NCBI GenBank assembly: GCA_040756235.1 | Contig: JBFLZG010000080.1 | Coordinates: 1-64,000, forward strand | Origin: a bacterium | GTDB lineage: Bacteria > Desulfobacterota > DSWW01 | Length of the DNA stretch: 64,000 nucleotides | Direction of reading: 5' to 3' | Shown here: in pieces, positions 18,051 to 28,101 of the stretch | Layout of the letters: each line of letters starts with the position of its first letter | How positions within the stretch are numbered: position 1 is the stretch's first letter | Made by a program: the position numbers and the translations under genes | The notes under the pieces: model-generated | What the model saw: the letters and a program-made list of their open reading frames with translations, nothing else | Told to the model about the DNA's origin: nothing | Databases searched by the model: none

Positions 18051-18248
18051 GGAAAGAGGGCCGCGTGATCTTCATCCTTGCAGGGGGCGCTGCTTGCCGC
18101 GCCCTCCCCTGTCTGGAGGGCCAGACGCGAACCTGGGGGATTCCGGAGAGCAGGGCCCGGGCCGGATTCTCTTTTGCCGGAAGCTCCGCTACAATGCCCG
18201 CCAACCGCTGGACGAGGGTGTCGAAAAACACCCCGGGAGGACACGGAG

Positions 18249-18590
18249 GTGTTTCGAAGCAGCTCCGACGCTAAGCCGGTCCTGATGGCCGACGGGATCG
18301 CTCGCCGCACGCTGACTCACGGCGCAAAGATGATCCTGGTCGAGTTCTCCATCCGGGCAGGCGCCGTGTTCCCCGAGCATCACCACGTCTACGAGCAGAT
18401 CGGTTACCTTTGCAGCGGCAAGGGAAGGCTCTGGATCGGGCCGGAAGCCCGCGACCTCCGGCCCGGATCGAGCTGGTGCGTCCCGGAGAACGTACCTCAT
18501 CGGGCCGAGTTCTTCGAGGACTCGATTGCCATCGACATCTTTTCGCCTGTCCGTGAAGATTATCTGCCTCCGAGCAGCGATCGTGAATGA
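18249..18590 (+). CDS. Cupin domain protein (KdgF-like)
   Basis: FPEHHHVYEQIGY...G...L.IG, WCVPENVPH.A, IDIFSPVREDY. GTG start after GGAGG. Confidence 0.85.
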   Translation: MFRSSSDAKPVLMADGIARRTLTHGAKMILVEFSIRAGAVFPEHHHVYEQIGYLCSGKGRLWIGPEARDLRPGSSWCVPENVPHRAEFFEDSIAIDIFSPVREDYLPPSSDRE

Positions 18591-18715
18591 ATAGGGATAC
18601 GTATTCGGGGTAGGGCGGCCATACGCCCTACCGCCTGACGCATGGCAACCAAAGGCCCTGAAAACGGGCACCTGTAGGGGCGAATGATCATTTGCCCCTA
18701 CCAAGGGTTTTCGCA

Positions 18716-20371
18716 ATGAAGTTTCACCACGTCGTCTTCGACCCCGAGGTGCTGGCCGACGCGTTCTTCGATCACCCGGAGCGAGGCCCGGCTGCCCGGG
18801 ATCTGGTCGAGAAGGTCCTCAATCGGGAATTGACCGGCTGGATCCCCGCTCAGTGCCTGCCCGCCATCGAGGCACGGATACGGAGCGGGGCCGAGCGGAC
18901 AGGTAGCGGCCCGCAGGAAGCCGGGCGCCGCAGTGCCGAATACCTGGAGTGGGTCTGCCGCAACTTCCGGATCCTCACCCTGCCCGGGCAGGAATCCAAG
19001 GAGCTCGTGGCCCGGGCGGTCCGTCTCGAAGAGGCCCAGATCGCCCTGGCTGCAAGCGCTCTCGGCAGCGAGGCCTGCGTGGCCACGAGCCGGGAGGGCT
19101 TCGATACCCAGGGCGCCGTGGAGGCCTGCTCGCCCGCGGACCTGATCGGCAGCGCTCCGGCGCCGCGCCCGGGCCGTATCGACCTTGTCGACCTCGGGGA
19201 ACAGCAGAGAAGGCTCCTGCCCGGCTTGGAGCGCCGGGTGCGGTCCGTTCTCCGGCAGGGCCGGTTCATCATGGGGCCCGAGATCCCGGAGTTGGAGAAG
19301 GGCCTGGCCGAATACGTGGGGGTTCGGCACGCCCTCTGCTGCGCCAGCGGCACGGACGCGCTTCTCCTGGGGCTGCTCGCCTTCGGCGTGGGCCCGGGGG
19401 ACGCCGTGCTCACGAGCCCGTTCACCTTCATCGCGACGGCCGAGGTCATTGCGCTGGTGGGCGCCACGCCGGTCTTCGTGGACATCGACCCGAGGACCTT
19501 CAACCTGGATCCGGCCTGCCTGGACAAGGCTCTGGCGGCACTGCGCCGAAACGATCCTGCCGTCTACCCCTTGCCGCGCGCAGCGCCTCACGCAAAGCTG
19601 CGGGCCAAAGGGATCATCCCGGTGGATCTGTTCGGCCAGCCCGCGGACTACGATTCCATCGGCCGCCTGGCGCGCGAGCACGATCTGTTCGTCCTGGAGG
19701 ACGCGGCCCAGAGCTTCGGCGGCGATTATCGAGGCCACCGGGCCGGAAGCCTCGGCCACGTGGGCGCCACGAGCTTCTTCCCGTCCAAGCCCCTGGGCTG
19801 CTACGGAGACGCAGGAGCCGTCTTCACGGACGACGATGAGCTGGCCGGAAAGATGTCTTCCTTGCGGGTGCACGGGCAGGGCTCGAACAAGTACGACAAC
19901 ATCCGCATCGGGCTCAACGCGAGGTGCGACACACTCCAGGCTGCGGTCCTGCTCTCCAAGCTCGAAGCTTTTCCGGAGGAGATCCGGGCCCGGCAGGAGA
20001 TCGCCCGAGCCTACACGCGCCACCTCTCGGCATGCCCATCGGTCCGGACGCCCTTCGTTGCCGCCGGGATCCGGAGCGCCTGGGCCCAGTACTCCCTCTT
20101 GTCGGACAACCAGGCATCCATCCGCAAGATCCTCGCGGACCGGGGTGTCTCCACTGCGGTTTACTATCCCAGGCCTTTGCACCTTCAGCCGGCCTTCTCC
20201 GGCTCGGGCTACCGGGAGGGAGACTTCCCGGTGAGCGAGGACGCAGCCCGGCGCATCTTCAGCCTTCCGATGCACCCTTATCTGTCCGAGGAGAAGATTC
20301 GCTACGTCGCCGATCTGGTGACCAAGGCGGCGGACTCTGGGAGCCCGATCGAAGAAGAATCGAGAGGTTGA
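18716..20371 (+). CDS. DegT/DnrJ/EryC1/StrS sugar aminotransferase with an N-terminal degenerate PIN-like domain
   Basis: C-terminal part has FIMGPEI, SGTDAL, FTFIATAE, VDLFGQPAD, EDAAQSFG, SFFPSKPLGCYGD, LPMHPYL. N-terminal ~150 aa has VVFDPEVLAD...GWI...LEEAQIALAA...VATS. Confidence 0.85.
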   Translation: MKFHHVVFDPEVLADAFFDHPERGPAARDLVEKVLNRELTGWIPAQCLPAIEARIRSGAERTGSGPQEAGRRSAEYLEWVCRNFRILTLPGQESKELVARAVRLEEAQIALAASALGSEACVATSREGFDTQGAVEACSPADLIGSAPAPRPGRIDLVDLGEQQRRLLPGLERRVRSVLRQGRFIMGPEIPELEKGLAEYVGVRHALCCASGTDALLLGLLAFGVGPGDAVLTSPFTFIATAEVIALVGATPVFVDIDPRTFNLDPACLDKALAALRRNDPAVYPLPRAAPHAKLRAKGIIPVDLFGQPADYDSIGRLAREHDLFVLEDAAQSFGGDYRGHRAGSLGHVGATSFFPSKPLGCYGDAGAVFTDDDELAGKMSSLRVHGQGSNKYDNIRIGLNARCDTLQAAVLLSKLEAFPEEIRARQEIARAYTRHLSACPSVRTPFVAAGIRSAWAQYSLLSDNQASIRKILADRGVSTAVYYPRPLHLQPAFSGSGYREGDFPVSEDAARRIFSLPMHPYLSEEKIRYVADLVTKAADSGSPIEEESRG

Positions 20372-20787
20372 AGGCGCAAGGGCCTCCGGCTCGGGCGGAC
20401 GACAATGTCACTGCTCGAGCCGCGCCGCGCGGGCAGCTGAAAGAACAGGCGAGGCTGGCCGGGTCAGGATCGATAACTATCCAAGGGGTGAGGGGTCCCT
20501 TGATCGAATCTGCGCACAGCTTGACGAGGGGGGAACAGCCGTCATCACCGATGCCCCGGCCAGCCGGCCGCGAGGCCCTACCATCGCCCGCCTGGGAGTA
20601 GTACAAGATGCATGCCACCGGGGGCGGCCGGCCGGCGGCGCGCGTCCCCCCCGGGGTGAGGGCTCCCATTGGTCTTTCGTTCCGTGGACTTGTGGCCCCC
20701 CGCGAGGGTGACGGGATGCGCGCCCGGATGGTTTTCGCAACTGCCGTCCTGTAAAAAAAATTGACAGCTTGGAAGGAATTCTGGCGC

Positions 20788-21576
20788 ATGAGGCTCGACC
20801 GCCGCGTGATCCGAAGGATCGGGGCAGGCTCCTGGCTGGCCGTGCTCCTGCCTTGGCTTTTCGGGTGCGCCGCCACGCTGCCTCCGCAAGCCTGTGCCGT
20901 GCCCGGCATGCAGATCCATACGGCCTCGTCTCCGGCCGCGACCCGTGAGATCCGCGACGACGCGCAGCGATATCTCGCGGGGCTCGAGGACTATCTTCGA
21001 GTCCGGGCTCGGCCGGTGGATATGCTGCGCGTCGTGCACTTCCGCTCACGCTGGGATCTCTGGGGTTACCTGAGCCGGGAGTCGCCTCCTTACCGATGGA
21101 GAAGGGGAGCCTGCTTCGAGACCCCGGACGGGCTCACGCTCGCCGTCTCCGGCAATCCGGGAAGCAAAGAGTTTCACAGGCTCCTGCGGCACGAGCTCAC
21201 ACACGCGTTCCTGGCGAGCCGCTACCGCGACTTTCCTCCGTGGATCGACGAGGGGCTTGCACAGGTCCTGTCCGCGGGGCCGCCCTTCCCCCGACCCGGA
21301 AGCAGTCCGCCTCACCCGGTCGAATCGGACCGCTGCGAACGGCTCCCGAACGGCTGTCTCGAGCTTCTGGCGGCACCGCCCGGAGAGAAGCTCACGCGCG
21401 CTCAGTGCCGGCAGGCCTCCGCGCTCACGGCCGCGCTGATCGCCCGTTCCGACGACGCTCTCAGCCGGCTGGAACGCTTCCTCGAGATCTCTTCCTCGCA
21501 GCGCGATCCGGCCGAGGCCTTCAAAGATGCCTGGGGCCTGCCGTTCGAACAAGCCTGCGTCCTTGACAGGTCGTAA
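20788..21576 (+). CDS. Lipoprotein with a gluzincin-like HExxH motif (DUF1570/peptidase MA-like)
   Basis: Lipobox LFGC and LRHELTH...PPWIDEGLA. Confidence 0.7.
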   Translation: MRLDRRVIRRIGAGSWLAVLLPWLFGCAATLPPQACAVPGMQIHTASSPAATREIRDDAQRYLAGLEDYLRVRARPVDMLRVVHFRSRWDLWGYLSRESPPYRWRRGACFETPDGLTLAVSGNPGSKEFHRLLRHELTHAFLASRYRDFPPWIDEGLAQVLSAGPPFPRPGSSPPHPVESDRCERLPNGCLELLAAPPGEKLTRAQCRQASALTAALIARSDDALSRLERFLEISSSQRDPAEAFKDAWGLPFEQACVLDRS

Positions 21577-21615
21577 AATCCAGCGCTATCGCATGGTGAA
21601 AGGTAGCTGTGAGAG

Positions 21616-22251
21616 ATGGGAACAGACTCGGAGCTCGGCTTCTTTCTGACTGCCTTCATCTCCCTTTTCGCCCTGATCGATCCGATCGGCGTGGTCCCCC
21701 TGTTCGTCTCCATCACCCCGTCGAGCACGGCCGCCAAGAGGCGATCCATGGCGCGCAGGGCCTGCTGGTTCGTCTTTCTCGTGCTGAGCTTCTTTGCCGT
21801 GACCGGCAGCACGATCTTCCGGTTCCTCGGTACCACGATCGGCGCCTTCCGCATCGCCGGGGGGCTCATCCTGCTCAAGATCAGCCTGGAGATGATCGAG
21901 GCACGCGTCTCACCTTCACGCCACACCTCCAGGGAGGACGAGGAAGGTCGCCAGAAGGACGACGTGGCCATCCTGCCTCTCGGCATCCCGCTGCTCGCCG
22001 GGCCCGGCTCCATTTCGGGCGTGATCGTGCTCATGAGCCGGACGGACGGCTGGACCATGCAGCTGCTCGTGTTTGCCGCCATCGCGCTCAACGCGCTCCT
22101 TGCTTATTTCCTGCTCCGCTACGCAACCAGGATCAGCGGCCTGCTCAGGGAGACCGGGCAGGGCGTGCTCATGCGCATCATGGGGCTCCTGCTGGCGGCC
22201 ATCTCGATGGAGTTCATCCTGAGCGGGATCCGCGAGTATTTCCAGCCGTGA
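21616..22251 (+). CDS. MarC family membrane protein
   Basis: LFALIDPIG.VP.F, AFRIAGGLIL, AILPLGIPLLAGPG, RIMGLLLAAI. Confidence 0.92.
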   Translation: MGTDSELGFFLTAFISLFALIDPIGVVPLFVSITPSSTAAKRRSMARRACWFVFLVLSFFAVTGSTIFRFLGTTIGAFRIAGGLILLKISLEMIEARVSPSRHTSREDEEGRQKDDVAILPLGIPLLAGPGSISGVIVLMSRTDGWTMQLLVFAAIALNALLAYFLLRYATRISGLLRETGQGVLMRIMGLLLAAISMEFILSGIREYFQP

Positions 22252-22349
22252 TGCCGCTGCCGACACCCGGCACCTCTCTTCCTCTTCCCTGACACCCGAA
22301 ACCTGAAACCCCTCTTTCCCGTTGACCGGCCGACACCCGGATCCATACA

Positions 22350-23306
22350 ATGATCTCCGGACCAGAGGTCGCCGGAGCCCCCATGGAATCGCGAAGATCC
22401 AAGATCGTCCGAGTGAGCTCGAGGGGCACGTCCGCCCCCGAGGAAGGGTTCTCGCCCCGGGCCCTGCAGATCATGCTGGAGTGCGGGTTGCTGGAGCTGG
22501 CCGGCACGAGCGACGTCCATGCTGCCTGGATGCGCTACTTCAGCCCGCGGGACACGATCGGCTTCAAGGTGAACTGCCTCGGGGGGCGGAGCATGTGCAC
22601 CCACCCTGCCCTGGCCGAGGCCGCGGCGAAAAGCCTCGGGTCCGCAGGCATTGCCCCTCACCAGATCATCGCGTGGGACCGTCACACCCGTGAGCTGGAG
22701 CGGTGCGGCTTCAGCGTCAATCCCGGGCAAGGCGGAGCGTACCGCTGCTTTGGCACCGACCAGAAGGGGGCCGGCTACGAGGAAGAGCTCACCGCGCAGG
22801 GGTCGGTCGGCAGCCTGTTCAGCACGCTCCTGACGCGCCACTGCACCTCGGTCATCAACATGCCGATCCTCAAAGACCACGGGCTCTGCGGGCTCACCTG
22901 CGCCCTGAAGAACATTTTCGGCGCCCTTCACAACCCCAACAAGTATCACGACGATCACTGCGACCCCTACATCGCGGACGCCAACGCGGTTCCGTTCGTG
23001 CGGGAGAAGCTCCGGCTGGTGGTCTGCGACGCGCTCCAGGTGCAGTACAAGGGCGGTCCCAGTTACCATCGGAAGTGGGTGGCGGACCTCGGAAGCCTTT
23101 TGCTGGCAGAGGACCCGGTGGCGCTCGACACCGTCTGCGCAGGGCTGCTGAACAAGATCAGGCGCGAAAACGGCCTGCCTCCCATCGTGGAGGACGGCGA
23201 ACTGCCGGCCTACATCCGCACCGCGGCCGACTCGGACCACAAGCTCGGCAGGTGCCGGCCCGAGGAGATCGAGCTGGTGGAGAAGATCGTGGACCTGGAG
23301 GGTTGA
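22350..23306 (+). CDS. DUF362 family (putative Fe-S) protein
   Basis: IGFKVN, THP, INMPILKDH...LTCALKNIFG, DPVALD. Start uncertain (22350 or 22383). Confidence 0.85.
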   Translation: MISGPEVAGAPMESRRSKIVRVSSRGTSAPEEGFSPRALQIMLECGLLELAGTSDVHAAWMRYFSPRDTIGFKVNCLGGRSMCTHPALAEAAAKSLGSAGIAPHQIIAWDRHTRELERCGFSVNPGQGGAYRCFGTDQKGAGYEEELTAQGSVGSLFSTLLTRHCTSVINMPILKDHGLCGLTCALKNIFGALHNPNKYHDDHCDPYIADANAVPFVREKLRLVVCDALQVQYKGGPSYHRKWVADLGSLLLAEDPVALDTVCAGLLNKIRRENGLPPIVEDGELPAYIRTAADSDHKLGRCRPEEIELVEKIVDLEG

Positions 23307-23468
23307 AGCTTGCTCGGCACTGCTCTACACAATGGGGACGTACCCTGCGGGCTCGCCTTCTCCGGTAGCGACCCGGCGACCGGCAGTAAGCGTCGAAAAT
23401 TGGTGGACACGCCTTGCGGCTTTGTCCACCCTACCGAGTGCGCACGCCCCTCGCTCGCGACTTATTTC

Positions 23469-23580
23469 GTCATCCCGGCCCACCTGCGGAGCGCGTGTGA
23501 GCCGGGATCCAGAAGCCTGCACCGAGCACGGCAAGAGTCACGGGGCGCAGAGACTGGACCCCGGCCTGCGCCGGGGTGAC
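23469..23580 (+). repeat. Family B palindromic repeat copy, next to a GTAG REP-like hairpin (23401-23436)
   Basis: GTCATCCCGGCCCACCTGCGGAGCGCGTGTGAGCCGGGATCCAG is identical to the 17926 copy. It ends CTGGACCCCGGCCTGCGCCGGGGTGAC. Confidence 0.8.
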
Positions 23581-23600
23581 GCGAAAGATGGTGGTAGCAC

Positions 23601-24764
23601 ATGGACCGCAGGACCTTCATCAAGACCCTGGCCGGCACGGCGTGTGCCTGCGGCCTCTCGGAGCTGTCTCCGGGCAGCCGGCCAGTTTCCGCGGCGGCGC
23701 AGCCGCCGTCCGGCCGCGCGGCCCCCGAGGCTTTTTCGGATTCCTCGCCCGGGGGCGTGCGCGAAGCGCGCTACTACAGCCGGCTGAAAGACCGCGAGAT
23801 TCGCTGCGATCTGTGCCCCCGGCAGTGCCAGGTCGGGGACCGGGAACGCGGCTACTGCGGGGTGCGGGAAAACCGGGGAGGGACCTACTGCACGCTCACC
23901 TACGGGCGTCCTTGTGCCGTGCACGTCGATCCGATCGAGAAGAAGCCGTTCTTCCACTTTTGCCCGGGCTCGACCGCCTTTTCCATCGCCACGGCCGGCT
24001 GCAACATGAACTGCAAGTACTGCCAGAACTGGGACATCTCCCAATCGCGACCCGAACAAGTCCGCAGCATGCCCCTTGGCCCGCGCGAGTGCGCGACCCG
24101 GGCCAGGGAGTCCGGCGCCCTCTCGATCGCCTACACCTACAGCGAGCCCGTGGTCTTCTTCGAGTACATGTCCGACACGGCGGACCAGGCCCGCGCGCAA
24201 GGTCTGCGCAATGCGATGGTCTCCGCGGGCTTCATCCAGGAGGTGCCGCTCAAGGACCTGCTGACCCGGCTGGATGCGGTGAAGATCGACTTGAAGGCCT
24301 TCTCCGACGCCTTCTATCGGGACGTCTGCAGGGGCCGGCTGGATCCTGTCCTGAAGACGCTCGTCACCGTGCGCAAGGCGGGCGTTTGGCTGGAGATCGT
24401 CTACCTCGTCCTGCCGACCTTGAACGACAGCGAAAAAGAGACTCGGGACCTCTGCCGGTGGATCGCGAGCGAGCTCGGGCCCGAGGTGCCGGTCCATTTC
24501 ACGCGCTTCTTTCCGACTTATCTCCTGAAGAACCTTCCGCCCACGCCCGTGGACACGCTCGAACGGATGCACGGCATCGCGAAATCCGAAGGGCTTCTGT
24601 TCCCCTACGTGGGCAACGTGCCGGGTCACCCGGCAGAGAGCACCTCCTGTCCCGGCTGCAACACCCCGCTCGTGCGGCGCTCCGGCTTCAATGTCCGGAT
24701 CGAGGGTCTGAAGGAAGGCCGGTGCGGGAAGTGCGGAAGGAAGGTCGCGGGCCTCTGGGTGTAG
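23601..24764 (+). CDS. AmmeMemoRadiSam-system radical SAM enzyme with a twin-arginine-like leader
   Basis: CDLCPRQC...GYCGVR, DPIEKKPFFHF, GCNMNCKYCQNWDISQ (CxxxCxxC), AYTYSEP, YVGNV, C-terminal CPGC/CGKC. N-terminus MDRRTFIK. Confidence 0.92.
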   Translation: MDRRTFIKTLAGTACACGLSELSPGSRPVSAAAQPPSGRAAPEAFSDSSPGGVREARYYSRLKDREIRCDLCPRQCQVGDRERGYCGVRENRGGTYCTLTYGRPCAVHVDPIEKKPFFHFCPGSTAFSIATAGCNMNCKYCQNWDISQSRPEQVRSMPLGPRECATRARESGALSIAYTYSEPVVFFEYMSDTADQARAQGLRNAMVSAGFIQEVPLKDLLTRLDAVKIDLKAFSDAFYRDVCRGRLDPVLKTLVTVRKAGVWLEIVYLVLPTLNDSEKETRDLCRWIASELGPEVPVHFTRFFPTYLLKNLPPTPVDTLERMHGIAKSEGLLFPYVGNVPGHPAESTSCPGCNTPLVRRSGFNVRIEGLKEGRCGKCGRKVAGLWV

Positions 24765-24807
24765 CGCCCGTGGCAGTCTCCGTGCGACCAGCGGCAAATT
24801 TCGGATG

Positions 24808-24937
24808 TTGCGAGGACCGAAGGTCCGTGGCAACCCCCCGGAGACAGGGGGATCGCCACGCTCGCGGTTTCTTGACCGTGGTTGGTGGGCACGCTTCGCT
24901 TTGCCCACCCTACCGAGTGCTCACGGGCTCGCTCGCG
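24808..24937 (-). repeat. Intact composite REP-like element between convergent genes
   Basis: Minus strand reads GAGCACTCGGTAGGGTGGGCAAAGCGAAGCGTGCCCACCAACC...GCGAGCGTGGCGATCCCCC...GGGTTGCCACGGACCTTCGGTCCTCGCAA. Confidence 0.75.
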
Positions 24938-24959
24938 AGATCCGGTGCTTGCCCGGCGC

Positions 24960-26627
24960 TCAGTTCTTTGGCGCACCCTTCAGCCCGGCAAGAGCGGACG
25001 ACAGGAAGCACTTCACCCACTTCTCTATCTCCGCATGCGCCACCCCTGTTTCCCTGCCGAGGCTCTCGATCGATTCTCCTCGCAAGTGGCGCAGCACGAT
25101 GTCGTATCGTTTCTCCGCGGAAGAGACATCCGCAGCGGCTCGCGGGCTCGCCGGAAGCTTCTGATCTCTGGAACGGGCCAGGGCCTTTTCCGCATGATTC
25201 CGGAGGCTCCTTACATAAGACACTGCAGCCTCGTCCGGAGGCTCCGGTGACGAGACGCGATCCAGATAGAAGGCGCCGATCAGCTTCTCCTCGACCACGA
25301 TCGCAAGCACCCCGATCATCTCCACTTCCATGGCCGAAAGGCATTCGCGCTCTGCCGGCGTCAATCTTTCCCTGCTCCAAAGGAACAAGTCCGTTTTCCT
25401 GAGGAGCGCGTGACCGACCGGTGATTCGCGCGCGGAAGAAGCCAGGGGAAACCAGATGCGCTCCAATACCCGGTCCAGATGATCCCCCAGCCCGAACCGC
25501 CCGCGCACCGTTCTCTTGTCCGGAGTCACCACGCACAGGGCCACGTGGTCGAAGGGGCCGCTCCGGTACATGGCTTCCATGATCAGGAGCAGGGTCTGGT
25601 TGAGATCGAGAGGGGAGGAGACCTCCGTTGCAGACTCGACCTCCTCGATGAGCCGCTCTCGGGACTTCTCCGACCAGGGGCACTCGGGACGAGCGGGCTC
25701 CTCGGGCGCTTCCGGCACCGTGGATTCGTGTGGGCCGGAGGGAGCCTTCCCGTCTCGCTTCTCGAGCACAAGGTCGGAAACCCTGACATTCATGTCGGAC
25801 AGGACCCCTTCGCTTTCGCTGAGACCGGACCGAAGAATCTGCCGGATGTCGCCGGCCGTCAGACGCAGCTTCTCCCCATATCGCTCCAGCAGCCTCGGCA
25901 CGGCCTGCTCGGCCCGTGTGTCCCGGCGGTACACCGCATGCGTCAGCTCCTCGCTGAAAGAGAGGATCGGCTCCATACGGCCCTGCAGATCGCTTTCGGC
26001 CGGCGTGCCGAGCGACGGGATCCCCCAGTAGCGGGCCGCGGCTTCAGCCAGATCTTCATAGTTGAACCGGAGCACGTGCCGGCATGCCTCGTGGGACGTC
26101 TCCCCCTCCTTTTGCACCCGTGCCGTGATCGCGGCGTACTCGTCCGGACAATAACAGGCTACGAGCATTTCCCCCAGGTTGCGGAACATGCCGTAGAGAT
26201 ACGCCTCCTCGGGCTTCTCGTAGCCGACGTGCATGGCCACCTCCCGGGCGTGAAAGGCGGTCAGGATGGAGAGCGACATCAACTCCTTCAAACCCGGGAA
26301 ATGCCGGTTGTAGTGCTCGAACACCATAAGGGTGCTGGCGAGGGTGCGCAGGTTCCTGGTACCCAGCAACATGATGGCCTGCGTCACGGACAGGATCTTG
26401 CCGTCACAGCGTCTGTAGTAAGGGGAGTTCGCCGTGCGGAGCACCTGAAGGGTCAAGCTGTGATCCTTGAGGATAATGTTGGCGAGATACTGGAAGGAGG
26501 CGTCCTCCTTGGTCAGGATCGCCATGGCCGCGCTGATGTGGGCCGAGATCGCGGGAAAATCGCTCCCGCTGACCATTCGCTCCATGATGGCACGGACCGG
26601 CTCCTCGCGGTCCTTCTCCGTCTCCAT
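24960..26627 (-). CDS. HDOD domain, GAF-like, C-terminal HTH signal protein
   Basis: DFPA, LANIILKD..LT.QVLRTANSPYY, SVTQAIMLLG, EEAYL.GMFRNLG, WGIP. GAF-like LIGAFYLDR. C-terminal KRYDIVLRHLRGESIESLGRETGV. Confidence 0.85.
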   Translation of the reverse strand: METEKDREEPVRAIMERMVSGSDFPAISAHISAAMAILTKEDASFQYLANIILKDHSLTLQVLRTANSPYYRRCDGKILSVTQAIMLLGTRNLRTLASTLMVFEHYNRHFPGLKELMSLSILTAFHAREVAMHVGYEKPEEAYLYGMFRNLGEMLVACYCPDEYAAITARVQKEGETSHEACRHVLRFNYEDLAEAAARYWGIPSLGTPAESDLQGRMEPILSFSEELTHAVYRRDTRAEQAVPRLLERYGEKLRLTAGDIRQILRSGLSESEGVLSDMNVRVSDLVLEKRDGKAPSGPHESTVPEAPEEPARPECPWSEKSRERLIEEVESATEVSSPLDLNQTLLLIMEAMYRSGPFDHVALCVVTPDKRTVRGRFGLGDHLDRVLERIWFPLASSARESPVGHALLRKTDLFLWSRERLTPAERECLSAMEVEMIGVLAIVVEEKLIGAFYLDRVSSPEPPDEAAVSYVRSLRNHAEKALARSRDQKLPASPRAAADVSSAEKRYDIVLRHLRGESIESLGRETGVAHAEIEKWVKCFLSSALAGLKGAPKN

Positions 26628-26890
26628 CCGGTCGCCCTCCCTGTCCTCGACTCATTTATATCGGACACTAAGTGGCTGCGGATGAGCGCCGAAGCTTGCT
26701 CGGGGCGAGGGGTGCCCTGCCAAGGCATCGACCTCCTCGAGCGCCCAGGGGCCGCCCGCTGATCGTGGACGGGACGTGGCAACAGTGGCCCAAAGCCCGG
26801 ATGTCTTGATGCAGCCCTAATCCAATCGGCTTTCGGATCCAGGAGGCTGCCCAATAGCATGCGAGGAGCAGGGACTGGATTCCGGCCTGC

Positions 26891-27020
26891 GAGGCCGTGT
26901 CATATTTCGTCATCCCGGCCCGGTTGCGGAGCGCGTGGGAGCCGGGATCCAGAAGGGTGCACCCAGACCAACTGCAGGAACCGGGTGCAGGGACTGGATT
27001 CCGGCCTGCGCCGGAATGAC
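26891..27020 (+). repeat. Family B repeat with a left TIR interrupting a half-hairpin
   Basis: CTGGATTCCGGCCTGC|GAGGCCGTGTCATATTTC|GTCATCCCGG...GGATCCAGAAGGGTGCACC...CTGGATTCCGGCCTGCGCCGGAATGAC, the same junction as at 6683. Confidence 0.78.
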
Positions 27021-27078
27021 GAAAAAACGGCCGCGCGCCGCCCCGCCGGAGGGGGTCGGGTCTTGCCGCCGCTGTTTG

Positions 27079-28101
27079 TCAGCTCCTAGGGGGAAGTTCC
27101 GTTCTCTGGCGAACGACCTCATAGAACAGGATCGCGGCCGCCACCGAGGCGTTGAGAGACTCTACCTGTCCGCTCATGGGGATGGAGACCAGGACGTCGC
27201 ACAGGCTCTGCAGTGCAGGCCGGAGGCCTTTCTCCCCGCCGACGACCAGGCAAAGGTCGGTGCGCAGATCGATCTCGTAGATCTTGCGTCCGGCCCCGGG
27301 ATCTGCGCCGACGATGCGGACGCCTCTTTCCCGGAGCGCCTGAAGGGTCCGGACCGCGCTCCCGAGGCGAATCAGGCGCACGCTGCGGGCCGTGCCGGCC
27401 GAGGCCTTGATCACGACCGGGCTCACCGGGCTGGTTCGCTCTCTGGGCAAGAGCACGCCCTCGAGCCCCGCTGCGCACGCGGTCCGAAGGATCGCGCCCA
27501 GATTGTGAGGATCCTGGATTTCGTCCAGCAGGGTCAGGAAACGCCTGGCACGGCCAGGCAGGCTCTCCCAGAAGGCGTCGAAATCCTCGGAGGACGCGGC
27601 GGCGGTGAGGGCCACCACCCCCTGGTGCTTGGCGGTCCTTGCCTTGGAATCGAGCGAGGATCGATCCCGGAAGGAGACCGGGATCTTGTGCTCCCGAGCC
27701 AGGGAGAGAAGCTTTCGAACGGGCGGTCCGGATCTCCCGTAGGCGATCCAGATCTTCTCGATGCCCGGAGCCTCCTGCCGCAAGGTCTCCAGCACCGGCT
27801 GGACCCCGTAGATCCAAAGCTGGTGCCCGGCTTCCGTGTCCTCGGGCCGGGGGCTCGCCGGACGGCGCTCGTCGGCCGTATTCTCAGTCCGCGCCCTCGC
27901 GGCGTGCTTCGACGCAGGCCTCGTTCCCCGGGACTTCTCCCAAGGCTTGGAGCCCCATCTGGTTGGGCGGGTTCTCGCGCGGGTTCCGGTCTTCCGTCCG
28001 CCTCTCGCAGCCGAGCGCTTCTCGTCAGCCGCTGCCGCGCGAACGGCTTTCCCGTGCCCTTGTCGAGGGCCGCCGGACGGATCAGGCGGGTGCACGGGCA
28101 T
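27079..28101 (-). CDS. rlmB: 23S rRNA (guanosine-2251-2'-O)-methyltransferase, TrmH/SpoU family, with a basic N-terminal extension
   Basis: [66 protein letters not shown]. Confidence 0.92.
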   Translation of the reverse strand: MPVHPPDPSGGPRQGHGKAVRAAAADEKRSAARGGRKTGTRARTRPTRWGSKPWEKSRGTRPASKHAARARTENTADERRPASPRPEDTEAGHQLWIYGVQPVLETLRQEAPGIEKIWIAYGRSGPPVRKLLSLAREHKIPVSFRDRSSLDSKARTAKHQGVVALTAAASSEDFDAFWESLPGRARRFLTLLDEIQDPHNLGAILRTACAAGLEGVLLPRERTSPVSPVVIKASAGTARSVRLIRLGSAVRTLQALRERGVRIVGADPGAGRKIYEIDLRTDLCLVVGGEKGLRPALQSLCDVLVSIPMSGQVESLNASVAAAILFYEVVRQRTELPPRS

